The position numbers and the translations under genes were made by a program. This document shows positions 34,706 to 45,838 of a DNA stretch of 64,000 nucleotides, one piece after another (the stretch's first letter is position 1; every line of letters starts with the position of its first letter). The stretch is from Hyaloraphidium curvatum SAG 235-1 (Eukaryota > Fungi > Monoblepharomycota). The notes beneath the pieces were generated by a model. That model was not told the DNA's origin. It searched no databases and saw nothing but the letters and a program-made list of their open reading frames with translations. The stretch covers positions 186,001 to 250,000 of the forward strand of contig JAIVFI010000002.1 of NCBI GenBank assembly GCA_025558095.1, given 5' to 3'.

Positions 34706-35359
34706 TCAATCATCCCCGTCGTCAGAAATCCCAGCACCTCTGTCGTATTCCGACGGGCTGAAGGTGCGGTAGACCAACGCACGGGGGTAGAACCGCACGC
34801 GCTTCGCAACGGCCGTCGGTTCCAGCACTTGCACGGTTCCGGCACGTCGGGGCAGCATGTGGAGGTCTTGCGTCATGCAATATGTCAAGGAGTCGCTACC
34901 GCTCTTCGACACCGGGATCGCCGGCCGCAGTTGCGGCGGGTTCTGCAATCCGGGTTGTCGTGCCAGAGCGGCATGGTAGGCGAATAGGGGCGAGTAGTTC
35001 CCCTCGTCGGTCCCTTTGAGCGGGGGAGAGAGCGTCGAAACCGCCGGAGTTTCTGGGCTGGGCGGCCAGTGTTCGGTGAGGTCGGGGAGGGGGATCGCCG
35101 CGGGCGCTTCTGGCCGCCCCGCGCCGGTCGCCACACAGCGCAGGTCCTTCCGGCGTCCGTGCTGCAGAGCGGTGATTCGTTCTCCGCCGTCGTAGTGTCG
35201 CTCCAAGTGCTCCCCGACGAGCCGCCGTTCCGCAGGCGGCGAGGGGGGCGACGGCAGAGGCACGAGCGCTCGCACAAAGGATTCGTCCCGCTTCCAGGGA
35301 CGTGTTGCGGCCCCCAAGGGAGGCGGAAGGAGGTCGTTCATGGTGTCCGTTGTTCTCAT
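34706..35359 (-). CDS. Small Pro-rich protein with a C-terminal PP1-docking-like motif
   Basis: C-terminus KRVRFYPRALVYRTFSPSEYDRG resembles the RVxF..EYDR motif of Bni4/Afr1/neurabin-type PP1 regulators. Confidence 0.6.
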   Translation of the reverse strand: MRTTDTMNDLLPPPLGAATRPWKRDESFVRALVPLPSPPSPPAERRLVGEHLERHYDGGERITALQHGRRKDLRCVATGAGRPEAPAAIPLPDLTEHWPPSPETPAVSTLSPPLKGTDEGNYSPLFAYHAALARQPGLQNPPQLRPAIPVSKSGSDSLTYCMTQDLHMLPRRAGTVQVLEPTAVAKRVRFYPRALVYRTFSPSEYDRGAGISDDGDD

Positions 35360-35936
35360 TTCGTTGGCGTGGGTGAACGGGCGCTAGGCCTCGGCATTTC
35401 GGGTCCACCGGCGCGCGAGATCTGGCGGCCCTTCAGAAATGGATCGCGCAGCTGCGCATGGAAAATGTGCCGCCCGGAGAACGAGTGCTCTAGAATGATC
35501 GGGCTGTTTCCTAAGTTTTCCTCCGGACCGGAATCTGCGAAAGACATGCTCCCCGCGCCGGTCGGGATAGGTCGGGATAGAGGATTCATCGCACCCATCG
35601 CAGCCACATTGGCCGATGCCCAATCTCGTGGGATAAATCGTCCCGCTCAGCATCGACCTGCCATTAGAAACGTGGGTTCCCGACTTCTTAGCTTCACATC
35701 TCAGCTCGCTCACGGCACGGCAGAGGTTGCGCCGCGACCCGCTCCTCATTGTGCACGTGACAGCCCTTTTCGTCCTCTCTCGACTGCCTCATCCTCCAAC
35801 TTTCCAGAGTAACTTCAGGCCACCAAATCATCGGCACGTGCTTTAACGGAAGACCGCTCAGCATTTAAGTAGCTTTGTTGCGGCATGACCTTCCCAATCC
35901 CAACCTGCTACTTCCCTCACTGCTCGGCAAGCCAGC

Positions 35937-38031
35937 TCACAAGCTCCGGGAGTCCCCGTTCAACAGCGACCCCACCGACGGCGTCGGGCTCCCGACCAAG
36001 CTCCCTGCCTGCGCCTTGGGGCTCACCGCGTTCCCCCAGAGGTCTTTGGGGATCCCCCCCAGCAGCACCGACTCGAGCCCGTCGCGGAAGAGCCGGTCCC
36101 AGAAAAAGGGCGCCCAGCCCTCGGCGTTCTCGACCTCCCGGAAGGGCGGGTCGACGGCGTCCAGCGGAGCCGCCACGCGGCGCTCGATGCGCACGCCGTA
36201 CCCTTCGGCGTGCTCGTGGAACAGATCCGCAAACCTGCGGACTGGCGACCCGGAATCAGAGATCGAGGCGAGGCCACAGGCAAGACGACAACCCACTCTC
36301 CATCCCGTACTTCCTCGCCAGAGCATCCAGGCACGAACCGACCGTCTGCACGCCCGCCTCGTACTCGCACGCCCTCTGCTCCCGCGCGGCCCTCTGCTCC
36401 GGCGTCTCTCCGATCTGCTCCCCCCGCTCCGCGACAACGGCCGCAACGAGCTCCACGCCGACCTTGAACGCCGGCGGCGCGAGCATAAAGTGGGACCACC
36501 TGAAGGCCCTGTCGGCGCGCACGAGGCCGCGGACGACGCCGCAGAAGGTGAGGCAGCGCATGCGTGCGGCGGAGCGGAAGCCGCCGACGAGGAGGCGGTC
36601 GATCGAGTACGAGTCCTGGGCAAGGAGCATCTGCACGGCCGTGTGCGCGATGGCCTGCTGGGGGAAAAACTCCTCCCAGTTGGCCAGGATCGGGCCGGGA
36701 TCGCCGGCGGCGAGGGCGTCGGCTACCTTGCGCGGGAGGACCTTGAGCGTGGATTCGCCGAGCACGGAGAGCATGGCGACGGCCTGCTTGCGGAGGATTC
36801 CAGACGGTCCCGGGTCCGAGCGCACCGTCGTCATGAGAATGTGCCGGGAAAAATTGCTCATCAGGAAGAGCGCGAGCACTGAGCCGCCGCCGCCAAAGGG
36901 CACGGCCGCAAAATCCTGGAAAGCCTTGACGATGCTCTCGATGGTCGGCTCGCCCAGGTGCACGACCGGCACGCTGTGCGTGGGGGAGGCTGCCCAGCGC
37001 ACCTGGAGGGCCGAGAATGCGCGCACGGGGTCCGGATCGTCAAAGTAGGCCTCCGAGCACGGGAGGGCGAGGGCATGGTTGTGGAAATAGCAGCCGAAGG
37101 TGGGCTTGCCCGTTTGCACGGACACGGCGAGGTCGTACGACACGAGAAAGATGCGGAGCCGCGTGACGAGCTCGCGAAAGAGCCACTCCGTGACGGTGCG
37201 CGGGGAAGTCACGGCGATGAGGGCGCGCAGCTGCTCCGCCGCCGTCGCGGCGCGCTTGACCAGGGCGTAGCAGAGTCCGGGGACGCCGGCGGGCGAGTAG
37301 ACGTCGAGGAGGATGGTGAAGGCCTGCGCCGATTCGAGGTCGTCCTCGGCCCTGGCCAGCAGCTCCCTGCGGGCGGATTCCGCCCACTCGTAGGAGGCCT
37401 GGGCACGGTAGGCGCTCGAGGCGTGCGGGAGCACCCTCGCGCCGCACGCGGCCAGGGCGAGGGCCAGCATCAGCGGCGGGCGGCGGTATATCGGAGACGA
37501 TCCGCGCAGGGCGGTCTCAAAGGTGGGCCGGTGGATGATGGGCCACATCGGATAGACCTCGGAAAAATAAGCGTCCACGGCCAGGAAGAGCTCCGGCGAG
37601 AGGCCGAGCTCGGAGCCGAAGCCCGGAGGGAGGGACGGCGCGAAGAGGGTGCGGCTCGTGGGGTCCGGCGACCCGGCGGCGGAGGACGCCGGGCGGCCCG
37701 GGGAGAACAGTGACGCGGGCGCAGAGGCCGGCGAGCCGTGCGCGGCGCCGAGCGCCGACGCCGCCGAGGCGCCCGAGGCGGAGGAAGCGGCGGACACCGC
37801 GGTCGCCGACGCCTGGCGGGCAAAGTCGCCGGAGCCCTCGGCGGCGGCGGCGGCCGCTTTCCACGATTCGGGGATCCGCGACCACGACGGCACGCGGTGC
37901 AAGCCCGGCCGCCCGTCGCCCGCCTTCGGCCCGGCGGACCGCGACCGCCCGAGCGGCACCTTGCCCGCGCCGCCCGCCTCCGCCGCGCCGTCCGAGCCGG
38001 TCCGGGGGACCGCCTCGGCGCCCGACGCCAT
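35937..38031 (-). CDS. Fungal transcription-factor middle-domain protein with no visible Zn cluster
   Basis: VDAYFSEVYPMWPIIHRPTF, LESAQAFTIL, EWLFRELVTRLR and LALPCSEAYF. A 3' exon is joined by a phase-1 intron near 36243-36295. Confidence 0.82.
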
Positions 38032-39662
38032 GTTTCGGTCCGGTCGGCGATGCTTTGGTTCGGTGTGTCAAGGTGGATTTGGAATCGTTCCGGGCGGCGG
38101 TGGTGGTTCCAGATTCTGTTCAGGGGAAGGGGGAGGGTCCCACGACGTCATAAACTCGTGACCGGTACCTTCTCTCCTTCGCATCGGGGAGCCTTTTCGA
38201 GCATCGGGTAATCGTACCGCGTAGCTCCGATCCATGTGGCCGCTTCGGGCACACGCGGCGGACGACCCCCGTTGAGGACCCCTGCGGATCCCCATTCCCG
38301 CCGGGCTTCTCACAGGGGTTCCTCCGACACTCGATCGCGAAGCTGAATTCATGTCCGAAGAGACGATTAGTCAAGGCACTTTCCATAGCTCAAATTCTCT
38401 GAACCGGGACGCGTCGTGGTTGAGGGGCTTAAGTTGGCGGAAGAACGGAGAAGGCAGGTGAAAGCCTGCGACCGACTTGCCGCCGGAGGAGGATCACTCG
38501 TGCAAAAACGAGCTAGGGAGGACATCGTCGGTCATCTGACGAAAGAGCCGTAACCTTTGCAAACCCATTCTGTCTCACAGGAGCATCCCGCGCGCAACCG
38601 TTCTTTCCTCGGCAAGATCCATCGGAAGATGGAGGACGGGACTCTAGTTTGAGGAAAGCGAAGCGATCAGACTCCGATGCACTCCGCACCCCGCCCAACA
38701 CGCAAACTGGTCCGTGCATCAACACACGCTAACCGCAGGCCCGCACCGCTCCAACCGTCTCGCTCAGAGTCAGTCCTTCAGGGGCGGCAGCCAAAACACA
38801 TTCGGGTCCTTCGCGCTCCATGACGCCCTCAAATCAGGCAGCGCGGAGGGCACTTCGGCGACCGCGCACCCGGGTATGCTCCCGGAGCCCCGCCTGACCG
38901 CGACCCTCGCGGCGGGCTGGTCCGCGAACAGCCCCTCGAGCCCCTCGCGGAAGACGCGGTCGGCCTCGGCGGGATCGAGCCCGCGGGAGTAGTCGTGCTT
39001 GAGGCTTGCGTTTTCACGACGGGATTTTGGGTTTGGTGCCCTGCGGCGACGCGCGGAGGCGGATCCGCATCCCCTTTCCTGGACCCCCAACGAGTCGGCC
39101 TCTGCCCCACGGATGCCTGTTGCACGGGCACGTGGGCCCGTGGTCTTTTAGTTGCGCAGAACAGCATCGTACCTATGGGAGCTGGTGCTGCAAGATTTGT
39201 AGGGGAAGTGCGGCGTTATGTCCCCGGACGACCTGCCCGACTTGCCCGCACCAATCCGACTTGATTGCCATCCCCTCGACCTTATGGGGTTCCACCACTG
39301 GCGGGCATTCCAAAGGAGCTTCCGGCGCGTTGCGTCCCGGCAGAGGGAGCACGGAAGGACATTGTCCGCACGTCAGCACCGTCCCTGAAGGTCTTATCGC
39401 GGGAACGGTGCTGCGCCCCAAGCGTTCTGTCGTTGGTGACAAGCCGGTATCAGGTCAGCCGTTTCGATGACATCCGCCGACATGGTAGATGGGGTTGTTA
39501 ACTTCCTCTCCCACCTCCGGACTGGGGCCACTCGGCCCGGCCTGATTGCTCATGCGGCGCCGCTAATCGCCGTGCCAGAATCATCATCTACTTCCGGGCT
39601 TATGGAGCCCTCCACAGTCGATCGCCGCACAACCTGCGTTTGCATCACCGTGAAAAATCTGT

Positions 39663-40394
39663 TTATGCCGGGGGGCGCCATTCGTCCCTCTGCAGCGCAA
39701 CCGCGATCTCCTCGCCCTCCTCGCAAGCGCGCCTTCCCCTACAATGGCAGTCCAGAGCGCCGTGTATGGGATGCAACGCGCCCCGGGCCGGGAACCGCGC
39801 GTTCCCCCTTCCCTCCAGGGGCCCCTCCGACCGCGCGCGGGCGACGGTGGCCAGGAACTTCGGCAGGTCCAGTGTCCGCAGCGGGGGCAGCGACGTGTCA
39901 TCAGGGCGCTGCTTGCCGTCCGCGTCCGGGCCGCGGGGTTCGTCGCGGGGTTGCTGTTGCCGACCCCGGTCCGCCCGCGACGCGTGGTAGGCCAGCAGCC
40001 GGGCCATGAGCACGCTGGGCGGGCCGTCGGCGCACTCCATGGCCGTCAAGAGGGTTTCCGTGCCCCGAGTGGGCATTTCGCTGGGGTTGGTGGCCGCGGT
40101 CGGCGGCTGCCGGGGTGGTGGGGAGCAAGAGCGGAGCCTCCCGTCCGAGGCGCAGCGGCGCGGGGCCCTGCAAAGTCCCTGCCAGGCCCCCTCCCCGGGG
40201 CTGCTTTCGACCAGCGTGGCGTCGCTGGTCATGCTGCCGTCGGACCCGTGGCGGTCCGTTGCGTCAGGCAAGGAGTTGACCAGCGAGCGCACGAACATCT
40301 CGTCGCGGACCCAGCCGCACGCCTCCGGCCTGGGCTCCGGCAAGGAGGGCGGCCGCGACGATGGGCGCGGCAACGAGCTGCTTCCTTCGCGCAT
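39663..40394 (-). CDS. Hypothetical Pro/Ser-rich protein, probable distant paralog of 34706-35359
   Basis: Shares a motif with that gene: WVRDEMFVRSLV here versus WKRDESFVRALV. Confidence 0.5.
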   Translation of the reverse strand: MREGSSSLPRPSSRPPSLPEPRPEACGWVRDEMFVRSLVNSLPDATDRHGSDGSMTSDATLVESSPGEGAWQGLCRAPRRCASDGRLRSCSPPPRQPPTAATNPSEMPTRGTETLLTAMECADGPPSVLMARLLAYHASRADRGRQQQPRDEPRGPDADGKQRPDDTSLPPLRTLDLPKFLATVARARSEGPLEGRGNARFPARGALHPIHGALDCHCRGRRACEEGEEIAVALQRDEWRPPA

Positions 40395-40947
40395 CTTGCT
40401 TCTTGTCTGCTTTCTTTCTGAGTTTGGGTGCGGGACTTGACTCATCGAGCCGGCCAGCGTCCTGAAACCGCACTTGCCACCGGCCGGTCATCTTGGCGAG
40501 CCAGACTGCCGCGGCGCACCGGCTCTCGGGCCGAAGGTCGGAATCCGTTCCACCGGACCCGAAAAAGAAGGTCGCTAGCACCGCTTGGCGGGAGACGCCG
40601 GAAGGCGGGGATGGTGCACTTCGAAGTTCCCGCCGGGCCGGCCGCGATGACCGCTTTTTCGCATCCGGCCGGCCGAGGGAACGCGAAAAGGACGCTGACC
40701 CGGCCCCAGCGGGCGGATGCCGACACGATTCCGCGCGCTCGGCAGATGCGAGCCGGCCGCTGGTTAGGATGCGTTCGCTGCTGTTTGAAGGATTGGAGCC
40801 TAGGGACCGATGCTCAAGTTGACGCACTGGATGACCGGCCACGGTGGGGACTGCCACCGCCGCAAAGAGGTCGGCCGAACATCTGAATTGCCCGGGGACC
40901 ATTCCGTCCATCCGTTTCCGCGGGATGTCCGCGGGCCGCCCGTGCCC

Positions 40948-43002
40948 TCACTCCCCGTCCGAATCCCCCCCCACCTCGGCCGCCTCCTCCAGATCGTACC
41001 CCAGCCTGACCACCTGCTCCTCCGCCTCCCTCACGGCCTCGGCCGCGGCCGTCGGCACCAGCAGCCCTCCCCCCCCCCGCGGCGCCTCCCTCCCGACCCC
41101 CGCGGCGTCCATCGCCTGCCCCAGCTGGCGCGCCAGGTTCCCCGCGACGTGGGCGTACCGCCCCGAAATGGCGGCAAAGAACCCCGCCACGGCGCGGGCG
41201 CCGGCGTCGCACGCGGGGCGGAGCGCCGCGGGCGCGCCGCTGCGCGCCGAGAGGAGGAACATGGCGGCGCGCATGGCGGCGGCAAAGGTGGTGGTGTGCA
41301 TGTGCTGCAGGGAGGGGTCGCGCGCGAGGACGGAGGAGAAGACGGAGGCGATGGCGAGGGCGGCGCCGAGGGCGCGGCGGAGGTGGGGCTGCGAGGAGAA
41401 GGGCACCGAGGGGTCGGCGGGCGCGGCGGCGGCGAGCTCCAGGGTGTACTGGAGGACCATGACGACGCCCATTAGGAAGTTGTAGTGCAGGCCTTCCGAG
41501 GTGAAGACCTCGGGGGCCCGGGTCCAGAAGGGGCCGAGCTGGCCGACCAGCAGGGCCGGGCCAAAGTCGGCGGGGAAGGAGGAGGTGATGTCGTCCACGA
41601 TCGAGGCGACGTGTGCGGCAACCTGCGCTACCGTGTACGGCGGGGCCGGTGCCCTGCGCCGGACCGAGGCCAGGGTTGGCGGCGTGGAGCGCTGCAGCGG
41701 TCCGCTGGTGCCGCTCCCCTGCGTCGAACCGGCAGGAGTGGATGCCGCCGGCGAGGGGTTCGGAGGCGACGGGTCGGGAGGAGACAGCCCGGCCTTTTCG
41801 GCAGCCGCCAGGTCGCGGATGCGCAGCATAAGGGTCCGCAGCACCAACGTCAGAAGGTGGATCGCGACGAGGCTCGTCCGTCCCGCAAGCCCGTCCTCGA
41901 CCAGGCTCTGCACCAGGGCGCGCCGCATCATGGGCACCGTCCCCGGCTCCAGCACGGGCCGGAGGTCGACGATGCGCTCGGGCAGGCCCGGCAGGCCGTT
42001 CGCCCCGCTGACGGCGGCAAAGGCGGCCTCGGGAGGGTCAAAGTCGAAGAGGAACTCGGGGCAGGCGATCGGCATCGGGTAGCGGAGCCAGGGCACGTAT
42101 GTCTGCTTGCCGAGGTAGAAGCTCATGACCGTGTCGAGGATGGCGACGGCGCAGTAGAGGCGGATCTTCATCTGCTCGACGGCCCACTCGTCCGCGTTCG
42201 CCGGCCTGGCAGCGAGCGAGGCCCAGCCGTCGCGTTCGGGGCCCAGGCACAGCAGCGAGGTGAGGGCGACCAGGGCCTCGATCAGCGGCAGCACGCGCTG
42301 CAGCTGGCCGACCGGGTGGTAGTAGCTGGCCAGGAGCAGCATGGTCATGGCCGCCTCGAGGTCCGAGATTGTGCGTGCGCCGGGGCGGCGCGCCACCCAG
42401 CCGGCGACGAGCTGGTCGCGGGCGCGGGCGGCGTAGTGGCGGCCCGCACGGACGCGCTCCGCCTGTGTGGCGCCCTCGATTGCCGGGTCCCACAGCGAGC
42501 CCGCGGCGGCCATGGCGAAGGAGAGCGCCCACGGCGGGCCGGCGAAGGGCGGCGGAGGCGCGGGCCCGAACGCCCGCAGCCACGCGGACTTGTGCACGAG
42601 CGGCAGCATCGGCGGCGCGCACCGCCAGAACCCGGCGACGCACGCGTGGAACAGCGCAGACGGCGGCGCGGACGCGGGCGGCAGCGGCACGCCGCGCCGG
42701 CGGGGGGCGCCGCGCCCGGGCGACGCCGCTTCGGCATCGCCCGGTCCGCGCCACGCGGCCCCCGCGGCGCCCGCCGCCCGCCCCGCCCGCAGCGCGTCGA
42801 GCGCGGCACTCTGCGCGTCGCGGTCGAAGAGCGGCACGCTGTCGGGGAGCAGCGGCGCGATGCGGGCGAGGTCGAGCAGCCGGAGCCCCGCCGCCACCCC
42901 CGCGGCCCCGGCCGCCGCCCACGGCGCCGCGGACACCAGGCAGTCCGGCCCGCCGCACGCCCCGCCGGCCGCCGCGCACGCCGCGCACCCGGGCGTCTCC
43001 AT
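40948..43002 (-). CDS. Fungal transcription-factor middle-domain protein with a degenerate Cys cluster
   Basis: N-terminal CAACAAAGGACGGPDC, LPLVHKSAW, DLEAAMTMLLL, DEWAVEQMKIRLY and PIACPEFLF. Intronless 684 aa. Confidence 0.8.
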   Translation of the reverse strand: METPGCAACAAAGGACGGPDCLVSAAPWAAAGAAGVAAGLRLLDLARIAPLLPDSVPLFDRDAQSAALDALRAGRAAGAAGAAWRGPGDAEAASPGRGAPRRRGVPLPPASAPPSALFHACVAGFWRCAPPMLPLVHKSAWLRAFGPAPPPPFAGPPWALSFAMAAAGSLWDPAIEGATQAERVRAGRHYAARARDQLVAGWVARRPGARTISDLEAAMTMLLLASYYHPVGQLQRVLPLIEALVALTSLLCLGPERDGWASLAARPANADEWAVEQMKIRLYCAVAILDTVMSFYLGKQTYVPWLRYPMPIACPEFLFDFDPPEAAFAAVSGANGLPGLPERIVDLRPVLEPGTVPMMRRALVQSLVEDGLAGRTSLVAIHLLTLVLRTLMLRIRDLAAAEKAGLSPPDPSPPNPSPAASTPAGSTQGSGTSGPLQRSTPPTLASVRRRAPAPPYTVAQVAAHVASIVDDITSSFPADFGPALLVGQLGPFWTRAPEVFTSEGLHYNFLMGVVMVLQYTLELAAAAPADPSVPFSSQPHLRRALGAALAIASVFSSVLARDPSLQHMHTTTFAAAMRAAMFLLSARSGAPAALRPACDAGARAVAGFFAAISGRYAHVAGNLARQLGQAMDAAGVGREAPRGGGGLLVPTAAAEAVREAEEQVVRLGYDLEEAAEVGGDSDGE

Positions 43003-43317
43003 TTCCCCGGCGGAGACCGGCGCCTGGCGTCGGGGTGGCTGAAGTCAAACACCACAGAACGCGCCTTCGGCCGGCCGTGGCAAATCCCTAACCGTGGCTC
43101 GCCCTGCTCCTCGAGAAACGCGACAGTTATGGAAGTGGGAGCATTCATCCGGTGACCAGGGACCCAAGCTCAGAACGACCATAGGTACTCTAGTCGTAGC
43201 TGCGTGCCATCCCGTGCCCCGTGTCGACGTAGTCTCCCGTGCCGGCGCTCGCCGTGGAGCTCGCCTTGGTTTCGATCCGCCACACCCTGGCCAGGGAACA
43301 GAGTTACGGCTCCTCCC

Positions 43318-43843
43318 TCAGCTACTGGCGCACGAGGCTGGCCCCCGGTCCTGCCTGAACCCCCCCGGTCCGTACATCTCCTTCACCTTCTCCACCAGCC
43401 TGCGCCTGTACGTCGGCAGCCAGGGATCCACGCCGTGCGTCTCGTTGTCCAGGCGCAAACCGCTCGGCGTGCCATCTGTGCCGGAAGCACAGGCCCCTCC
43501 TGACGACTCGTTCCAGTAGTGGGTCCGACATTCACGGGAGCACGACTGTGCGCGGCGGCAGCGCGGTCCGCGCCGGCAGCGCGGAGGCGGAGGCGGCGTC
43601 GACGAGGAGGTGCAGCACGTTCCAGCACGGCAGGAAGTTGACCAGCGACGCCAGCATCCTTGCCGCCAGGGGGAACGAGCGGCGGTCGACGACGGCGACG
43701 ACGGCGACGACGTCCATGTTGTGGAACGGGCAGGCCGGGGGCGGGCCGCGGCCCGGCGAGGGCAGCGCCAGCAGCAGCAGCGCGCCCGCGAGCAGCGCCA
43801 GCTGGGGCAACGGCCGCTCCGCCGCGGGGCACGCGCGCTTCAT
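43318..43843 (-). pseudogene. Internally deleted type II membrane protein, possibly glycosyltransferase-like
   Basis: Signal anchor plus the start of a GT-A-like beta/alpha unit (VVAVVDRRSFPLAARMLASLVNFLPCWNVLHLLVD) stops at 43532. An out-of-frame coding-like C-terminus (THYWNESS..PWLPTYRRRLVEKVKEMYG..*) follows immediately. Confidence 0.5.
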
Positions 43844-43945
43844 GGTGCCGCGGGGGCAGGGCGGGCAGGGCTCAAGGCGGTTAGGGATTAGGGATCGTTG
43901 GGGATAGTACCGCAAACACACCTGCCTGGAAAGGGTTAGGTGAAA
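43844..43945. promoter_or_regulatory. Short bidirectional promoter with tandem AGGGAT
   Basis: 102-bp spacer between divergent ATGs that contains TAGGGATTAGGGATC at 43882-43896. Confidence 0.45.
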
Positions 43946-45160
43946 ATGGTGGGCGTCCGTCACCTCGCCGCGGGCGCCGTCGGCGCCGCCCTCGTCCTCG
44001 GCGCGGCGCTGCGGAGCGGCGCCCCGGGCCGCGGCGCCCGGCTGCCGGCGGCGGCGGGCCCCCGCGCGGACTTTGTGCCCGGGGCCGGCCGCCGCGCCCA
44101 CGCCGCGCTGTGCCTCGCGGTGAAGGACCAGCCGGCAGACGTCCTGGAGTGGGTGGCGTGGCACCACCATCTGGCGCGCGTGGACCGCTTGTACGTGGTC
44201 GAGAACGTGAACGACTGGCCGCCGGAGCGGCACGCTGCCCCCCCAACGCGCACGGAGCGCCTCCTCGCCGGCTACATCGGCGCCGGCGTCGTCGAGCACC
44301 TCCCGTTCGTGTTCTCCGAGGCCACGCGCGGCCGCTACCCGCACCACCAGGCCTTTGCCTACTCGGCGTGCTTCGACCTCTTCGGCCTGCGGCACGAGTG
44401 GATCGTCGCCATCGACGCCGACGAGTTCGTCGAGTACCCCGGGATCGGCAACGGCACCTCGCTCTCCGACATCCTCCGGGCGCACGAGCGGCCCGGGGTC
44501 GGCGAGCTCCTCCTCAACTGGCGCATGTTCGGCAACCCCAACGGCACCGTGCGGACCCGGCCCCTCGCGGGCACCGTGGCCACCTACACGGGGTGCATGC
44601 CCGCGTCCTACGGCGACAACCGCCACCACAAGACCGCCGCGCGCCCGCGCGCGCTGCGGGCTCTGAACATACACGCGGGAGAGCTCCGCGAGGGCTGGCG
44701 GGCCGTGGACGAGCGCGGGGTCGCGCTGCCCGTGACCGACCTGCGCAACGGGACGGCCACCGTCGCGAGGGTGTGGGTGAACCACTACGTCAGCAGGAGC
44801 GCGGAGGAGAACGCGGAGAAGACCGCCAGGGGCTCGGGGGATCTGAACACAAAGACGGCCAAGTTCTTCAAGCTCATGGACCGCGATGCGACCGAAACGT
44901 GCGCATCGGCACGGGATGCTTGGTTGGCCAGCGGGGTGTGGGACGGGGCGGCCGAGTGGGCCGAGGGGATCGGGAACGGAGGTGTGGCCCCGAGAAGCGG
45001 CCCCGGACCAGCGATGCGCGGGCTTCAAAAGATGAGCGGAGAGGCTCGCAACGACGATCCGCCAGGGGCAGTCTCTCTCCTCGGTCTCGATGGCAGCTGC
45101 AGGCGTGGCGAGGCCGCAGTTCTCGCTGCCGCGGACAGTTCATCGAGCTCTTCCGCATGA
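43946..45160 (+). CDS. Glycosyltransferase, GT92/DUF23 (GT2-related) family, intronless type II membrane protein
   Basis: LCLAVKDQPADVLEWVAWHH, DRLYVVEN, QAFAYSAC, WIVAIDADEFV, LNWRMFG, HHKT and VNHYVSRSAEE. Confidence 0.87.
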   Translation: MVGVRHLAAGAVGAALVLGAALRSGAPGRGARLPAAAGPRADFVPGAGRRAHAALCLAVKDQPADVLEWVAWHHHLARVDRLYVVENVNDWPPERHAAPPTRTERLLAGYIGAGVVEHLPFVFSEATRGRYPHHQAFAYSACFDLFGLRHEWIVAIDADEFVEYPGIGNGTSLSDILRAHERPGVGELLLNWRMFGNPNGTVRTRPLAGTVATYTGCMPASYGDNRHHKTAARPRALRALNIHAGELREGWRAVDERGVALPVTDLRNGTATVARVWVNHYVSRSAEENAEKTARGSGDLNTKTAKFFKLMDRDATETCASARDAWLASGVWDGAAEWAEGIGNGGVAPRSGPGPAMRGLQKMSGEARNDDPPGAVSLLGLDGSCRRGEAAVLAAADSSSSSSA

Positions 45161-45838
45161 GTCCAGGCGCACGCATGGATGCAAGCTGGTGCCGCCAATC
45201 GATCAACGATAGCCGCAACAGGTTCCGGTGCGGGCTTCGTTCTTTCAGAGCCCACAGAGGCGCCGCATGATACCGGGATCACCCGCCTGCCCTGCGGGAG
45301 GGCCAGATGCTCCGAAGCCGCCTCAGGGAGCCAGCGTGGCTCCGTGCCCGGTACCGGCTTCCTCAGCACTGGTGAACAGGCCGGCGGGCAGTTCCGAATG
45401 CGAGAGGGATGCAGGGAAAGGCGAAGGGTGGTGTCGTCATTTTCCGGGTCCGTCACCGCCCCGACGCACAGCTACTGCCGCCGCCGCAGAGAAGCCCCGC
45501 CAGACGCACGCAACGGGACCTTGACTGTGCCTGGAAGCCCTCGAGATCCACGCGGGTGGGGCCCGGTCGGGTGCGGGCGGTGGTGGTTCCGATCTCCTTT
45601 GCGGTGGCTTCCGGGGGTGGCGGCTCGCTCCGAGCCCGTTGCACGGAAAGCCCTCGAATCCCTCCCCGAAGGCATCCGGCGATACTAATGAAACCATATT
45701 CGATTCCGAGGTGCCCTGCCATGCGAGAAGTCGGGGGCCGGGACGACCGGGGGGTTCAGCCTCCGCCTCGTCTTGGGATCCAAAAAGCGGAGACCGATTC
45801 CCACTCCTTTCCCCTCCCGCCCCACCCGCTCATCACCA

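Noticed and set aside
38770-39090. Coding-like fragment (HDYSRGLDPAEADRVF..) as a separate gene or last exon of the 39663-40394 gene
   Set aside because: No convincing ATG or splice path was found, and the resemblance of HDYSRG to EYDRG is too weak.
43880-43940. TTAGGG-like hexamers as a telomeric array
   Set aside because: Only two or three imperfect copies occur, inside a promoter. They are better read as the AGGGAT motif.
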